Positions 47,157 to 60,157 of a stretch of 64,000 bases of DNA are shown here, in pieces. Every line of letters starts with the position of its first letter. The stretch's first letter is position 1. Location: assembly GCA_004764695.1 (NCBI GenBank), contig SMSO01000032.1:8030483-8094482 (forward strand), read 5' to 3'. Origin of the DNA: Schizochytrium sp. TIO01 (lineage: Eukaryota > Protista > Bigyra: Labyrinthulomycetes). The translations under genes and the position numbers were made by a program. Under the pieces are notes generated by a model. The model had not been told where the DNA came from, ran no database searches, and was given only the letters and a program-made list of their open reading frames with translations.

Positions 47157-50100
47157 CTTGGATTATATAACCTTGGTTTGTCTGACTATTTATACGCGAG
47201 GGAGATCGCCACGAAGGCTGGTCCGCACTGCTCCGAAAGAGTCGGCGGAGAGATCCGAGACACGATCAGCTAAACGCTCGCGCGAGCTCAGCCGAGTCCT
47301 GAAGAGGGTCTGTGGACAGCTCTTCCAAAGAACAAACAGAGCCAAGCAAATCCAAGCAAGTCAAACAAAGCGACGACGACTGTCAATCAATCCAAATTCA
47401 ATCTACAATGAATTAAACGCAGTCATAAACTCACACATTATTGTGAAACAAACAGAACATAATACAGACTTAACTTCTTTACTCTACTTTCTTCGCGACT
47501 TTTGTGTTTTCTGTTTTGTTTCATCAAATCAATAAAATACAGTATAAAAACCATGGTAGATAAACAAAAAGAACAGCAGTAGTACATGCTGGACAAAACC
47601 AGAAACTCATACTGGACAAGGTAGCTGGGTGAATATCATTGAGTCCGGTAGTATATAATTGTAAAGACATATTCATATATATATGGGGGATGGACGCACC
47701 CGCATCTTTATATACAGTGGAGAATACACGATTCCACGATATCACGTAGCAATGGCACGCAGCGTCTTTCTTATCTCATCGTGCACGTTCTCAGCGGGTT
47801 CTTCGCTGTGAAGGTCATCTTCTACAACTCCTCGACGACGAAGCTTTGCTGATATACATCTTCTTTTCTGTATCAAGCTGCTCGAGCAGAGGCGGACTGT
47901 GATCATGAGAAGAAACAGTTTGAGTCAGCATGCGACTCGATGACTCTGATGTTTGATGTGGGTGGACAATCTAGAGTGTAATACATACGACATATTGCGA
48001 TGCATCCAAGGCCGCTTTCTTAGGAGATGCAGAGACCTTCTTCGTTGTGCTGTTGCGCATGGTATATAAGACAATACCCTGAGTAAGCTAATGGAGCACG
48101 GCGATTCTGAATTCAATGCAAGAGTGGAGTCCGGAAAGGCGATTCTTGTACGGATGACCAAAAGTTCAGGTCGAGTCGAAACAAAGAGAAGAAACGTTAG
48201 ATTAGTGCAAAGTCACTCACGATAATGCGTAATAAGATTTATCTAAAACTCTCCTTCCGAAGATGAACATCGGGTTGAGTTCAGGTTGGCGACTCTACAC
48301 GATGTTGAACGCTATGAAGGGAGTTTCTTAACACATTTGATCATATGGGAATAGCAGTTCTTTGAGGAAGCAAAGTCTATACTCAAAGTAAAACCTGTTC
48401 GTGGTTACTTTCCTCGTCCATAAGGATAGAAAATTATGTGCTTTCCTCATAATTGTGCATAGCTATCCGCTTTTACATACAGTTAAAGGTGCTTCAATAG
48501 TTGTGAACGAGTTTAAGTCCAGTAACATTTCTTTTAAAAGGTGTATAACAATATACCAATGCAAACACTTCTCCTGTGCTCAAGGTTTGTGGTGTAGTCT
48601 AGGTAGCCATTTACAAGTATTAAGACGGTTTTTAGGCGAATATTTAAAACTCGGATAGCAAGACCGACACATTCAAAACTCTGCTGTCGAACTCTATTTT
48701 TAAGTTAACACAGTATTCAAAGAAACGAGTGCACTTTATATTATTAACACATGTGTTCGATTGATCACAAATATACTCTGAGTATAGTGATTAAAACAGC
48801 TTCGTTTGGACATAGATCTGGCTTACAAAAAATAAAAAACAAAAATCGAAACAAAAAAAACACGGCGACACGCACCCATTAGGTACACAGAAAGTTGGTA
48901 GCGAACTAATACAATTCGCTACTTCCACTGCAGGTTTCGAAGACCAATAAAATGATGTGATGCTTCAAAGCCCATGACAAACTCATTGACCATGTACCGC
49001 ATTCAAATGAAGATTGCAATACTGAAGATACGGAACTCCGACAAGGTTTTATGGGAGGTTTCTCACGCAAAACAACCATCAAGATTTTCATGATGATAAA
49101 TAACTATGAGTGACCTCTTGCTTGGGGACATTGAACCTGCCATATAGTTTCCAAGACTTTCTTTCAGGAAGAGACTGTTGAAAGACAAAGTAGAACAGCT
49201 ACATGAACACTACCTGTAGAGAGTTATTTTGATTTTTTTCTTCTAGCATCAACTTGACAAGCATTGCATTGAATGCTCAGGATTTCATCAGTCTCAAAGG
49301 TCAATGCAAGAAGGCAACGTCTTTGGAGCCATCGTAAAGTCTTACACAAGATTTTTGCCATTGAAGGATTTAACAAATGAAGTTGAAAGACCGGTGGACA
49401 CCGCTCCGAGGTCCGAGTTTTCACTTACTAGTTTTTTCGCCTTTCATGACTTTCACTGCATGTCTTCCAAGACTATATTCTTTTCTGTTTTTAAGTCTCC
49501 TTAGCGCGTGCCCATTATATGCGATTTGAGGCCTTATGAGATAGAATAACTGCATGTATATATATTCTGCATCAAAGGACTTTTCTACAATTGGTTTGGA
49601 GGGTATGTTTATCATAAAATACAGAATTTATCTTAATGACTTGGAGGATGATGCTAACCTCGCGCACTGACTCTTTGAGCAATATACTATCTTCCACACT
49701 GATATTTTACGTTTTAACTTGCACCTCACTTTCTTTTTTTTTAATTGAAAAAGAACCAACTTGAAAGGTGGCACTATCAAATATGCATGGTAGGACAAAA
49801 CTGCTCCTAAAAGAGATGGATATAGTCCAGCAACGATGTACTTCCATTTTGCAAGCGAGATCCTCATGATGTTGGTCAATCGATTCCTTCGAGCGGGAAG
49901 CTATCTGGTTCCTCCTCCCTCAAGAAACGTTGCTATACCTATTTTATTTTATTTTATTTTTAATCTTAAGTCTTCTGATATTGCCTGTTATTCGTCACCA
50001 TATCGACTTTTCTGTTTAAACCGCATTGCAGTTGGTTCTTGGAGTTCAAGCACAGCCTGCGAGAATGACCCATTGGTCTATCTGAACTTTATCGCTGGGA

Positions 50101-52156
50101 ATTGCCAAATGTCAAAAAACAAGCTTAACAAAAAACAAAAAAACAAAACTTAAAAAAAATAATTTATAAAAATATAAATACATGGAATAAAAGCATAGCT
50201 AGAACTGTGACCTCCCTAACAAAACACAGAGCCTCTTTAAATCTTCAATAAGCCCTCTGTACTACAACGATGAGCACTTAGCATTTAAAATCCCCTGAGA
50301 GGTAGGCCCATTTATACATTTATACACGACACGCGCGTTTTCTGCGTTTTCTCCCAAAGTACAATAAGGAATATGAAAATATCTACCTCACGGCTCGCGG
50401 TTCCTACGAACCGATCGCAGCTGTTGAGGAGAACGGCACCAGCAGTGGCTTTTCTGCCAGCCTGGGCGGTTCCTGTTGGTATTTGCGGAGCCTCAACGAA
50501 GCAGCGCGGTTCTCTCACACAAGCTTTACACCAAGCTGGTATGACGTTCGTTTAAGATGTAAGTATAATCGTCATCCGCCAAGTCAGCGGCTCTTAGCAT
50601 CACGCGTAAGAACCATCCCGAACAGAGGCGACACTCAGGCCGGGTGAACGTTGGCGAAGTTCCACGCAAATCTTTCAGGCGCAGTCCAGCTGGCGTTGCG
50701 GCTACAGCCAAGGACGCCAACGTTTGAGCAACCTTTGCCTACCAACGAACTCTGAGGACAAAACTCAATCAACACAGAGGCAGCTGGCAGCTCCTTTTTG
50801 TAAAGCACCTTCAGCCATGGGTCCTGTTAGCGAAGCACGTGTGCTCTCCCTGATGAACGTCAGGATATGCCCACAACTTGAAACCAGGACCAAGATGGAT
50901 TCAATCTTGATAGAGATTGTATCACTGAAGCTGTTTAATGTTTATTATTCAAGTCGCCTAGCAGGCGGGCTAGCTAGAGCTACCTGTATAGCCAGCCGGA
51001 TGAGCTTAAGTGAGCCCTTTCGCATTCTCTGGAACCGCCGTTGGGGATCACCAGCGATGCTATGAGGCCACGTCCTCGATTGGTCGATCGCAATTTGAAC
51101 CCCGGTGCTCGAATTGCGTCTTTCCTTAGTAAGAGGTTGCATTCGTTCGGTCTCGAATTTCTATTTGCTACGAAATTTCACGATGAGTAGGTCGTATACT
51201 TGGGTACTGCTACGCAGGTACTGGAGTTCAAGGATTTGCTTTCAGGGGCCTCGCTCGGGCTGTCTCCCGGCTTGGGCTTATTCACCGGGACCTCGAAGAG
51301 TGAGCCTGCAAGTGGTTGACGCTCTGCGACGACGTCGAGCGGCCAGTCTGTAGTCTAGCCTGCAGACAGACAGACTCCGGACGTGGTTTTGGTTGGAATT
51401 CCATTTCTCGGCGTCTCTTCAATTTGCGAATGATTCATTCCATATTTCCGCAATTGAGCTCAGAGAATTCGAGGGATCCGAATTCGAATTCGAATTCGAA
51501 TTCGAAATTCTTCGACTGCGACTCCGACTCCACTTGCGATCGCAAACCAGCCAGCCAGCCAGCCACCTCCTCCTCCTCCGCCGCCTCCCCCCGCGCAGCC
51601 AGCCAGCTCGCCCTCCGCGGGCATCCGGCGAGTTCCAGGCCTGCGCTCGAAATGCGCGTCGAGGAAGGACGTAACAGGGATTTGAAGCAGTCTTCGTCAA
51701 TGGAATATTCGCAATGAATGGAAACTTCGAATTGAAATGAAATGGAAAACTTCTTTTCAAACCAGGCAGCCATAGCGGGTCCCTAAGGGGTCCTACCGCT
51801 CCACCACACGAGGGCTTCTCCGGGCGCCCCACAATGAACTATCCAGGCGAGCAAGTGAGTTATACGCCACATTCTCTACTTGCAGGCGCGAATAGTCTAC
51901 TGTAGCCTTCGCTCAACCGGCGGCGAGGCTGCCTTCAGGTCTCCATGTCTGGGCGACGAAATCGCTCCAAGGCGCCTCAGAATGGCACCAGAAAGCCTCG
52001 CGAAGCCGCCTGCTCGGCCAGGGCGGCGCCCTCTCTGCCGGCGTTCTCAGGATTCGCGCGGCCTGCTCCAAGTGCAGGAGCCTGGCCAGGTAGTACCGAG
52101 GCAGAACTAACCTGAAGAGAGAAACAGAAAGCGTAGTGCATATGGGTTTTTCATTT

Positions 52157-52232
52157 CATTTCATTTTAAGCATTTCATTTTGAGCATTTCATTTTAAGCA
52201 TTTCCTTTTAAGCATTTCATTTTAAGCATTTC
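52157..52232. repeat. 14-bp tandem repeat (catttcattttaag) x5.4
   Basis: Units start at 52157, 52171, 52185, 52199 and 52213, each with at most 1 mismatch. Confidence 0.92.
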
Positions 52233-53888
52233 GATGATTGAAGTTAGTTCTGTATTGCACATATTATAGTGACGAGGAAGGATACAGCACATTTATCCAC
52301 TTAGTTTATTTAGTTTATTTCTGCTTAGAAGAGCTGTATATTCGCTTTAAAGGCGAAAGTGAATAACTAATTATAGGAAGGGAAGGGAACGTTGAGAAGG
52401 AGACTAGGACTCTGCTGCCGTAAACGGTAACAGTACGGCAGGGACCAAGGCAGAAGAACAGCGCCGGAACTTTTCTTGGGCAGCTCTTAGGCGGAGGGTA
52501 GCGAGGCTTAGGGGGGAGGTAAATAGTGATCTTGGTTAGAAAATTGTAATTATGGGTATCATTTAGATTTATGATTCTTCTTCTTAGAGTTCTGCGCTTG
52601 AAGACTCGGAGAGGGGTAGAGGAAGGGTAGAGTAAGGAGTAAGTGGCGATTCTGCAATTTGGACTCTGCTCTTCTCTCTTTTATTTTTCCTTCTTTTCTC
52701 TGCTCAGGGTTAAGAAACTCAGAGAATCATGCGATTGAAGTGAGGCGGGAACTCGAACTCTCCGGAGCCGACAGCCAAAGGAGAATACCGTTCGCAGCGC
52801 TGAGCGAACTATGGGGCACGTTAAGAGAGAACCGACTGTGACTTCGCGACGTCACCCAAATAAGGGTTCACGAAGAATCAGAATCCATAACCACAATCAT
52901 CATCAGAGGGAGCGTGTCCAAAGTGCGTGGAAAAAGAACACATTCAAACGAAAAACAAACAAACAAACAAATAAACAGATAATTAAAAAAATAAAATAAA
53001 ACAGACAGCATAGATAGTTAATTCCTGAAACAGGTGAGTTTAGACTAATGATCGGTAAGGCAGGCCTAGGCAGTGAACAGAGGACCTTGCCTCCCACAGC
53101 TCCCCTCACGAACCCTCCCAGGCCTCCATCTCCTCACATTCAGTCCTGTGGAGACAGATTCACGGAGGGCCGATTGCCGTAAGCTGCAGGGGGTCTGGAG
53201 AGGTTTGCCAAGAAAGACCTGCGCTAGAGAGGTGGAGGCGTCACTGATAGTAAATTATGTCAGTGGCGTTGAGAGGAAGCGCTTGCCATTTAAACACCAC
53301 AGCTTCTTGACTGTGCTCGAATTCTGTTGAGTCTGACGAGAGGAATATAAGGGACTTTCTCTGTGGGAAGGAGAGGCGCGAACAAGCGCATGCAATCCCT
53401 GCCTACTCGCCTTTCTTCTCTCTTTGTTATTTTCCTGGCGCTTTAGGCCTCACTACGCCTCTCAGTAGAACTCCCTCTGATCGATCTGTTCTTTCTCTCT
53501 TTTTTCTTTCTTTTCCTTTCTTTTATTTTCTTTTTTCATTATTCTTTTCTTTTCCGTATGAGTTTCCACGATCTATCTACGATATACTACTAAGCTATAG
53601 CGAACAGGAACTCAAGAGCTAAGTTAAGTCTCGTATCCTATTGCACCTTATAACGTAAACCCTAGGAGTAGAGGCAGAACTTCTCCGTGAAAACTTTCGA
53701 AAAGGCTCTTTCTGCCTGCTGCCTCGGAGTCTCTGCCGATCTCTTTCGCGAGCGCGGCCTCTCAAGCTTTACCATAGTAGTTGTATAGCACCCCAGGCGG
53801 GAGGCTCGCTAACGTCAAATCTTTGAACGAATGAACAGTTCGAATCGGCATTTAATACTTTTCGTCTCTTTCGTCTCTTTCTTTCGTC

Positions 53889-53921
<33 letters not shown>

Positions 53922-55239
53922 TTTCTGTATCTCTTTACCTCTTTATCTCTTTCAACAAACACAGCGAAAGGAGGAAATACCGATACAGAGGGAAATAAAT
54001 ACGCACACAGAGACAATACGCAGAACAGCTTTTGCCCTTCTTTTAAAGGCTATTTCATTTCATGTAACCCAAATGCGGAAGAGAGATGAACAGAACACCC
54101 GAGCCAGGCCTAGGCGCGCTCTATTAAGGGCTACAGGAATTTCGAAATGCAAGAGAACAGGCGAACAGACTGATATAGGGAGAGAAAGAGAGAGAAACAC
54201 GAACAAAAAGGAGGAACAAAAGCGATTGCGAGAAAAGAAGTCCGGAAGAGCAGCGGCCGAAGCGAAAGAATGGAGGAGGAGGAGGAGTCAGGGACCACGA
54301 TGGAAGAGGTGCGAAGGGCGGCAAACGACGGGACAGCGGGCTTTCCAGGCAGGGACAGGCGCAGTTTCTGGGTTCGTGGAAAGCCGTAGCGAGTATGGTT
54401 TATTTGTTTATCTATTCTGTTCTGATTTTACTTCTTTTTTGGGGTATCCTACCTGCGTAGCAGTACCTAGGCAAAACCGCTCGTGTGTTATTGAAAGTAA
54501 AATGAACTGAAAGAGTTGCAGCGCCTAACTAACTGATTGATTGTCTACTTTGGAGGGAGAGGCTTAAAGTAGAGAATTCGGTTTGTAAGTAGAGTAGTTG
54601 AGGGTATAGTTCACTTGCGGGAAAGAGGCGAGAAAGATACTGATCGCCGCAAGCACTGCAACTTCTTCTTTTCTCGCCTCTTTTGTTTAAAAACGAAAGA
54701 TTATTGAAAAGGACTCGAAAGAGAAAAGGGGCGAATGAAAGAGACTATTTAATAGAAAGTGAACGAAATAAGAAGATGTTTCAAATTTCAAAGTGAAAAG
54801 CCAGTACTGCCTTGTTAGAGTAATCTGTAGTATCCTGCTGAGTAGCGAAAAAATAGTTTAGAAAGAAAGAAATTTAGACAGAAAGAGAGAAAGAGAGAAA
54901 GAAAGAAAGAAAGAAAAAGGGAAAGAGAAAGAGAGCGAAGAAGAGCGAAGAAACTAGAAAGAAAGAGGAAACAAACATCAAACGAGAGCGCGAGCAGCGA
55001 CTGCATCAGCGGCATCGAGTCCGGTCTCTCAGTCGGTGGCTTGATCGGGCGTACCGTTGCAGAAAGAGCTGCCGCCTATCAGTTCCACAGCCTGGCAGCC
55101 GAGGAGGCCGCCTCATACAGCTCGGGCAACAGGCCAGACGCGGATCGGTTCATCAGCTTCGCGACAAAGAGCAGCGTGAGCACTAGGTACAACTAAGTGA
55201 TACCGTAGGAGTTCCGTGAGATAGAGCAGGGAAAGCATC

Positions 55240-57540
55240 ATGCTGCTCCGCGCACTGGGACGGCGAGGTGGCAGCGAACAAGCGTGGAGATCACTCGGAA
55301 ACGCTCATCGCGTGGTCCGTCTTCCCCAGCAAGGCTGGCAAGCCCACCTTTTGTCCTCCTCGTCCAGGGGCGGCGGAGGTCGCGATGACGAGACGTCTTC
55401 GCCAACGTCAAGCTCCTCTTCGATTCCGACGTCTTCCACGAACAATTCTATCTCGGGAAACAATGCCTCTTCCTCGGCGTCGAAGTTGCAGGCTGGGAAC
55501 AGAGACTGGCTTTGCCCAAAGTGCCAACGCAAACTAGTGCTTGTGGAGGAAAATCAGGGTTCACCTGACCTCGGCCCGGTGCTTAAATGCCAATGCTCCC
55601 CGGGCGTTCTGTACATGACAATGAAATCCTTTGAGCCCGGATCCACCAACACAACCTCCGACCGCATCAAGCAGGTCGAGAGCATGACCTCCGCACAGCG
55701 TGACAACGCCGAAAACTGGTCCTCGCCCGCACGAGGCACCGGAATGTACAATGCAACCCCGTCGTCTTCGACAAACGAAAACTCAAACTCCACAGACACT
55801 ACTTTCAGACGCATGAGACTTGGAGATCTTCGTAGTGGAAGCTCCACAACTTCGACCACTACCACTACTACCATGAGCAACAAGGATGACAACTCGTCCA
55901 ACCCAAGCGGCCTTAAGTGGCTTGACGAGACCCAGCAAAGGTCCACCACGCAGCAACCCTCGGGAGAGCCCACAAGCCCTCTTGCAGGAACCTCACCATC
56001 GCCATCATTTGCACCCAATGAACCGCCACGCATTGCCAGCAAGACTCCGCGTGAGCTCTTTAACGGTCTCAATGAGTTTGTCATCGGGCAAGATCGCGTG
56101 AAGAAGACCCTTGCTGTCTCTGTCCATAATCACTACAACATCCTTTCATATAACGCCAAGCAGCGCAAGACACAAGCCACACGGGACTCTGCAGAGGCCA
56201 GTAGCTCCGTTGGACCTCCTCAAACGCTCAAGCAGTTCGACGATAAGCAAGTGCGGCGCTGGTACCAGGGTCGCGAAGTCGACCTAGGGGACGGTGACGT
56301 GCCCCCCTCGAACGCAGATGTCTCACCCCTCGCGTGGCGCACCGGTGAAGGCTACGTTCGTGGAGATGACGGTGAACCCCGTGCTGCCATTGTTAAGCTG
56401 GCGGATGGCGGACTCGGTGAGCGTGGTAGCGCACAGCAGGAAGGTGGAAGCCGCCTTAGCTCGGCTCCCCAGAAGCAGGGTAAGATGGCCTCAACACCAA
56501 AACCTGAGATCGATGTCACACACATTGACAAGTCTAACGTCTTACTCATTGGTCCCACCGGATCGGGCAAGACTCTCATGGCCAAGACTCTCGCTAAGAT
56601 GACGGGCGTGCCTCTTGTCATTTTTGACGCGACCTGCCTGACGCAGGCCGGTTACATTGGCGAGGATGTTGAGGCCATTCTGTACAAACTTTACCAAGAG
56701 GCTGACTACGACGTTGAACTCGCACAACGCGGCATTGTTTACATCGATGAGATTGATAAGATCGCCAAAAGCTCAGGACCTGGTGCCACCCGCGATGTCA
56801 GTGGTGAGGGTGTCCAGCAAGCACTCCTTAAGCTTCTCGAGGGCACTGTAGCAAACGTGCCCAAGAAGGGTGCCAAGTCCGTGCGCAGCGAATATGTCCA
56901 GATCGACACCTCAGAAATTCTTTTCATCTGCGGTGGCGCCTTCTCTGGCCTCGAAAAGACCATTGGTCGACGCACCATGAAGTCTTCCATGGGTTTTGAG
57001 GCGCAGGTTCTCCCTAACTCTTCCGAGACTCTCCAGGGAGTTACTGCTGATGACCTGTTCAAGCAGGTTCAACCCAAGGATCTTGTGCAGTACGGTCTCA
57101 TTCCCGAGTTCCTCGGTCGCTTCTCCCATGTACTGTCCACTCGACAGCTCTCCATCAACGAGCTTGTACAGGTCCTCACTGAACCGAAGAATGCAATTGT
57201 GCGTCAATACAGGACTCTCTTTTCCCTGCAAAACGTAGATTTTCTCGTCACGGATGCAGCATTGCGTCGCATCGCGCTTATGGCTCATGAGCGTGAAACC
57301 GGTGCCCGCGGCCTCCGCGCAATTCTGGACTCCATTCTTACTGAGACTATGTTTGTCCTTCCTGAGAAGGGGGACATTAAGGCCGTTGTTGTGCATGAGG
57401 ATGCCGTCCTTGGTCTTAAACAACCCCTTCTTGTGAAGAAGGGCCCCACTACTGCATCTGAGATCGCCTCCCGTCTTGACAATGGCGAGGACGATGCAGA
57501 CATGTGGTCTCAGCTTGAGGAGGCCTCTGCTGGCTTCTAA
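55240..57540 (+). CDS. CLPX: Mitochondrial ClpX AAA+ unfoldase
   Basis: Arg/Ser/Leu-rich presequence-like start; CPKC...CQC; L.EFVIGQD.VKK.LAV.V.NHY; [15 protein letters not shown] (Walker A); [11 protein letters not shown]; IVYIDEIDK (Walker B); [18 protein letters not shown]; SSMGF loop; TGARGLR. Confidence 0.97.
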   Translation: MLLRALGRRGGSEQAWRSLGNAHRVVRLPQQGWQAHLLSSSSRGGGGRDDETSSPTSSSSSIPTSSTNNSISGNNASSSASKLQAGNRDWLCPKCQRKLVLVEENQGSPDLGPVLKCQCSPGVLYMTMKSFEPGSTNTTSDRIKQVESMTSAQRDNAENWSSPARGTGMYNATPSSSTNENSNSTDTTFRRMRLGDLRSGSSTTSTTTTTTMSNKDDNSSNPSGLKWLDETQQRSTTQQPSGEPTSPLAGTSPSPSFAPNEPPRIASKTPRELFNGLNEFVIGQDRVKKTLAVSVHNHYNILSYNAKQRKTQATRDSAEASSSVGPPQTLKQFDDKQVRRWYQGREVDLGDGDVPPSNADVSPLAWRTGEGYVRGDDGEPRAAIVKLADGGLGERGSAQQEGGSRLSSAPQKQGKMASTPKPEIDVTHIDKSNVLLIGPTGSGKTLMAKTLAKMTGVPLVIFDATCLTQAGYIGEDVEAILYKLYQEADYDVELAQRGIVYIDEIDKIAKSSGPGATRDVSGEGVQQALLKLLEGTVANVPKKGAKSVRSEYVQIDTSEILFICGGAFSGLEKTIGRRTMKSSMGFEAQVLPNSSETLQGVTADDLFKQVQPKDLVQYGLIPEFLGRFSHVLSTRQLSINELVQVLTEPKNAIVRQYRTLFSLQNVDFLVTDAALRRIALMAHERETGARGLRAILDSILTETMFVLPEKGDIKAVVVHEDAVLGLKQPLLVKKGPTTASEIASRLDNGEDDADMWSQLEEASAGF

Positions 57541-58636
57541 TGAGATTGTAATTATCACTTTTCCTCTTTCATTATTATCATCAAATCAATCAAATCTTCT
57601 ACTAATTTGGGTTTCCCTCTATCTTTTAATTCTTCTTCATCTCTTGGTTTTATTGTGTTCAAGACTGGAGGATATTCCACATGAAGCCCTCTAGTAGGAT
57701 CACTCTGCCTTGCCTTAAGAGCCTTGAGGGAAAACACAGACAAGTTATTCTTTGACGTGAAATATTATAACTAATACATACTATGTTTAGGCCTATATAT
57801 AGATAGATTCATATGCATTTTTTTTTCTTTTTAGTTCTTTTTTTTTTTCTTTCTCTTAGGCCTACAGGATCGTTGACCTGTTCTTGTAGCTAGGACTATG
57901 CGCATACCCATGTAAGACCTTTTCAATAGGCATTATATTTCAATTTCGTTCAACAGCACATGCAATGAGGCTGTTCCAGTCCCTGATACACCACTGTTTC
58001 AGCCATGATGTTTGGGTTCGAGTATTAATCAAGAGAATTTTTAAAATAATATATTCAATACCCCCAGTCGCACCAACACCTAGCATACTTCCCATTGCCC
58101 AGCTGCTGGGAAAATATTCCTAGTATCTATCTCAACACGGCCGTGATAGTACGGATGGGCTTCTTCTTCCTACTACTGTTTATTGTGAGACAATTCCTTT
58201 AGGACTAAGAATTTAGACAAGAATGTGCAAGAATTATACAACCTCATCAGAAGAAATGAATCCAGGGCAAAATTAGGGAGAGTAGATTGAAAGAATAATG
58301 ATTGAATGTTCTAAGTTGAATCCCAAAGGAAGAGAAAACGTATCTTGACAATGAGAAGCTGTTCGCTGAAAACCAAACTTAATGAAAAAAACACAAACGT
58401 GCTGGTAGTTGGAATTGGGCAAGCTCCACCTGGGGAAATGCGAGCATATCTCTTAGCTGGCAAGCTAGGGGATATGAGAACATCATAGTGGAGGGATTCA
58501 AACAGTCGAATTACTTGGCGCGCAGGGATGCGCACAGTCAATCATTGCATCATTCATATACACAGCTTCAAAGACACTGTAACATGAATAATTTGTTCCT
58601 TGTGCACCTTTTGTTCGTTGGTTGCCATATACCGGA

Positions 58637-60157
58637 TCAAAAACTTGCGGCAACCACGAAAATAGTGACAACAAGGACTAGATAAGTGGCGAAGACAGCG
58701 CTGGCAATCTGGATACCCCGATACCAAAACATTGCTCCAACAACACCGAACCAATACGTCAGTGCGACATAGCTTCCTCCAAGAATCATTGCAATACTAA
58801 GAATCAGTTTAAGATGGTCCCAAGACAGGCGCAAAGAGGATTCGTCAACCTCCGTGTCGACAAGAGGAAAGTGCGTGGCCATCATTTGAGCAAAGCTAGA
58901 TTCAACTAAAGGGCACGAGGTTGCTCGAAGAGTGCAAAGAGTATTACGACTTGAAGCTACCAGCACGGATAACCCAGAGGTTGAGAGCGAGGGATTATCA
59001 CTGACATCAACCTCCATGAGAACATTTTCGCGAGCCAACTCAAGTAGCACAACATCACTTATTTTCCTCACACCGGCGACATGAAGAACACGGAGCTTAG
59101 CAGGGGCACAGCGCCTCAAAAGCGAGAGAATACCACGGTCAGTTAGCCCTATGCATCCAACACAAGAAAATGCTTCCAGTGCAGACCACACCTTTGAATC
59201 ATACGGATCCTTGTACTGTCCGATCAGACTCTGATCCGTAAGTTCACAAAGACCGGTAAGATTGAGCGACACGAGTTGTGCGCCTCGCATTACGGCTAAT
59301 TTTTGCACTCCTCGGTCTGTGACTTGGCTACAGCCGGCAATATCGAGGTGCTTTAAATTCGAGAGCTCGAGCGCCAAGGTTCCTAGAACATCATCGTCAA
59401 CAGCGAGGCAACAAGCGAGCTCGAGAGAAGTGAGGCCAGGAAAGAGAAGTCCAATGGACTTGAGCGAGGATTTGGAAGCGCAGAGGCAGTGGCCAAGACG
59501 TAAACTGCGTAATTTCGGAAACGTCTTCTTCTCCTTGAGCAAGGTTGTAAAAGGTTCGCTGAGCAAGAGGTTTCCAACAAGGTCAAGCGAATCGAGATGC
59601 TGGGCCACCTCATAGTGCAAGAGATCGTCCACCAAGCGGTCATTAACCTCACCAGACTCGCAGTTCGGTGAAGCCCAACCCAAATGCGCGGGCGATCTAT
59701 ACGGAGGACCTTCTGGAGAAATCATATCCCGGGCTTCCTGTAGAGCCTTTTTCACACCACCCTTCATGTTCCTTAGCGCTGCTCGTGCGTCTGAAGTAAC
59801 TTCTCTGGACCATCTCCGTTTGCTCACTGCACTTGTCGTGATCCACCTGTTTCGCGCATACGCCAGGCCATCTTCTTCAGTTGCTGCAGCTTCTGCCCCT
59901 GCTCTCTCAAGTGCTGCCAGCACGAACTCCCTCTCATTCGCAAACCCCATCTCCAGGCCATCCCTCTGCTGCACTGCTAGGTCCTCCTCAGAGTCTGCCA
60001 GCCCTTCTCTCCACCTCTGCTCCCTCGGTTGCTGCGCAAGCCACTGCTCCTGCTCCTGCTGCTGCTGCTGCTGCTGTTGCTGCTTCGTCCACGCATCGAC
60101 CCTTGCACCACCTCCAGCACCCAGTCCAGCACCTGCATCTCCTCGCTCACGCGCCAT
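58637..60157 (-). CDS. Cysteine-containing LRR (AMN1/FBXL-type) protein with N-terminal polyQ and two predicted C-terminal transmembrane helices
   Basis: Repeats LTSLELACCLAVDD, LKHLDIAGCSQVTDRGV, LVSLNLTGLCELTDQ, CIGLTDRGI, LRVLHVAGVRKISD. The C-terminal ~55 aa are strongly hydrophobic. No clear F-box. Start codon uncertain. Confidence 0.85.
   Translation of the reverse strand: MARERGDAGAGLGAGGGARVDAWTKQQQQQQQQQEQEQWLAQQPREQRWREGLADSEEDLAVQQRDGLEMGFANEREFVLAALERAGAEAAATEEDGLAYARNRWITTSAVSKRRWSREVTSDARAALRNMKGGVKKALQEARDMISPEGPPYRSPAHLGWASPNCESGEVNDRLVDDLLHYEVAQHLDSLDLVGNLLLSEPFTTLLKEKKTFPKLRSLRLGHCLCASKSSLKSIGLLFPGLTSLELACCLAVDDDVLGTLALELSNLKHLDIAGCSQVTDRGVQKLAVMRGAQLVSLNLTGLCELTDQSLIGQYKDPYDSKVWSALEAFSCVGCIGLTDRGILSLLRRCAPAKLRVLHVAGVRKISDVVLLELARENVLMEVDVSDNPSLSTSGLSVLVASSRNTLCTLRATSCPLVESSFAQMMATHFPLVDTEVDESSLRLSWDHLKLILSIAMILGGSYVALTYWFGVVGAMFWYRGIQIASAVFATYLVLVVTIFVVAASF

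Noticed and set aside
44901-47535. Long antisense ORFs over MetRS (221, 278 and 242 aa); similar shadow ORFs over Myb, RMP1, ClpX, LRR and RAD51C
   Set aside because: Expected by-products of GC3-biased codon usage in the real gene; they carry no independent motifs.
51480-51510. Heat-shock element
   Set aside because: GAATTC repeats lack the nGAAnnTTCn 5-bp periodicity required of an HSE.
53790-53850. tRNA suggested by the T-loop-like GTTCGAATC at 53838
   Set aside because: No T-stem pairing, acceptor stem or D/anticodon arms.
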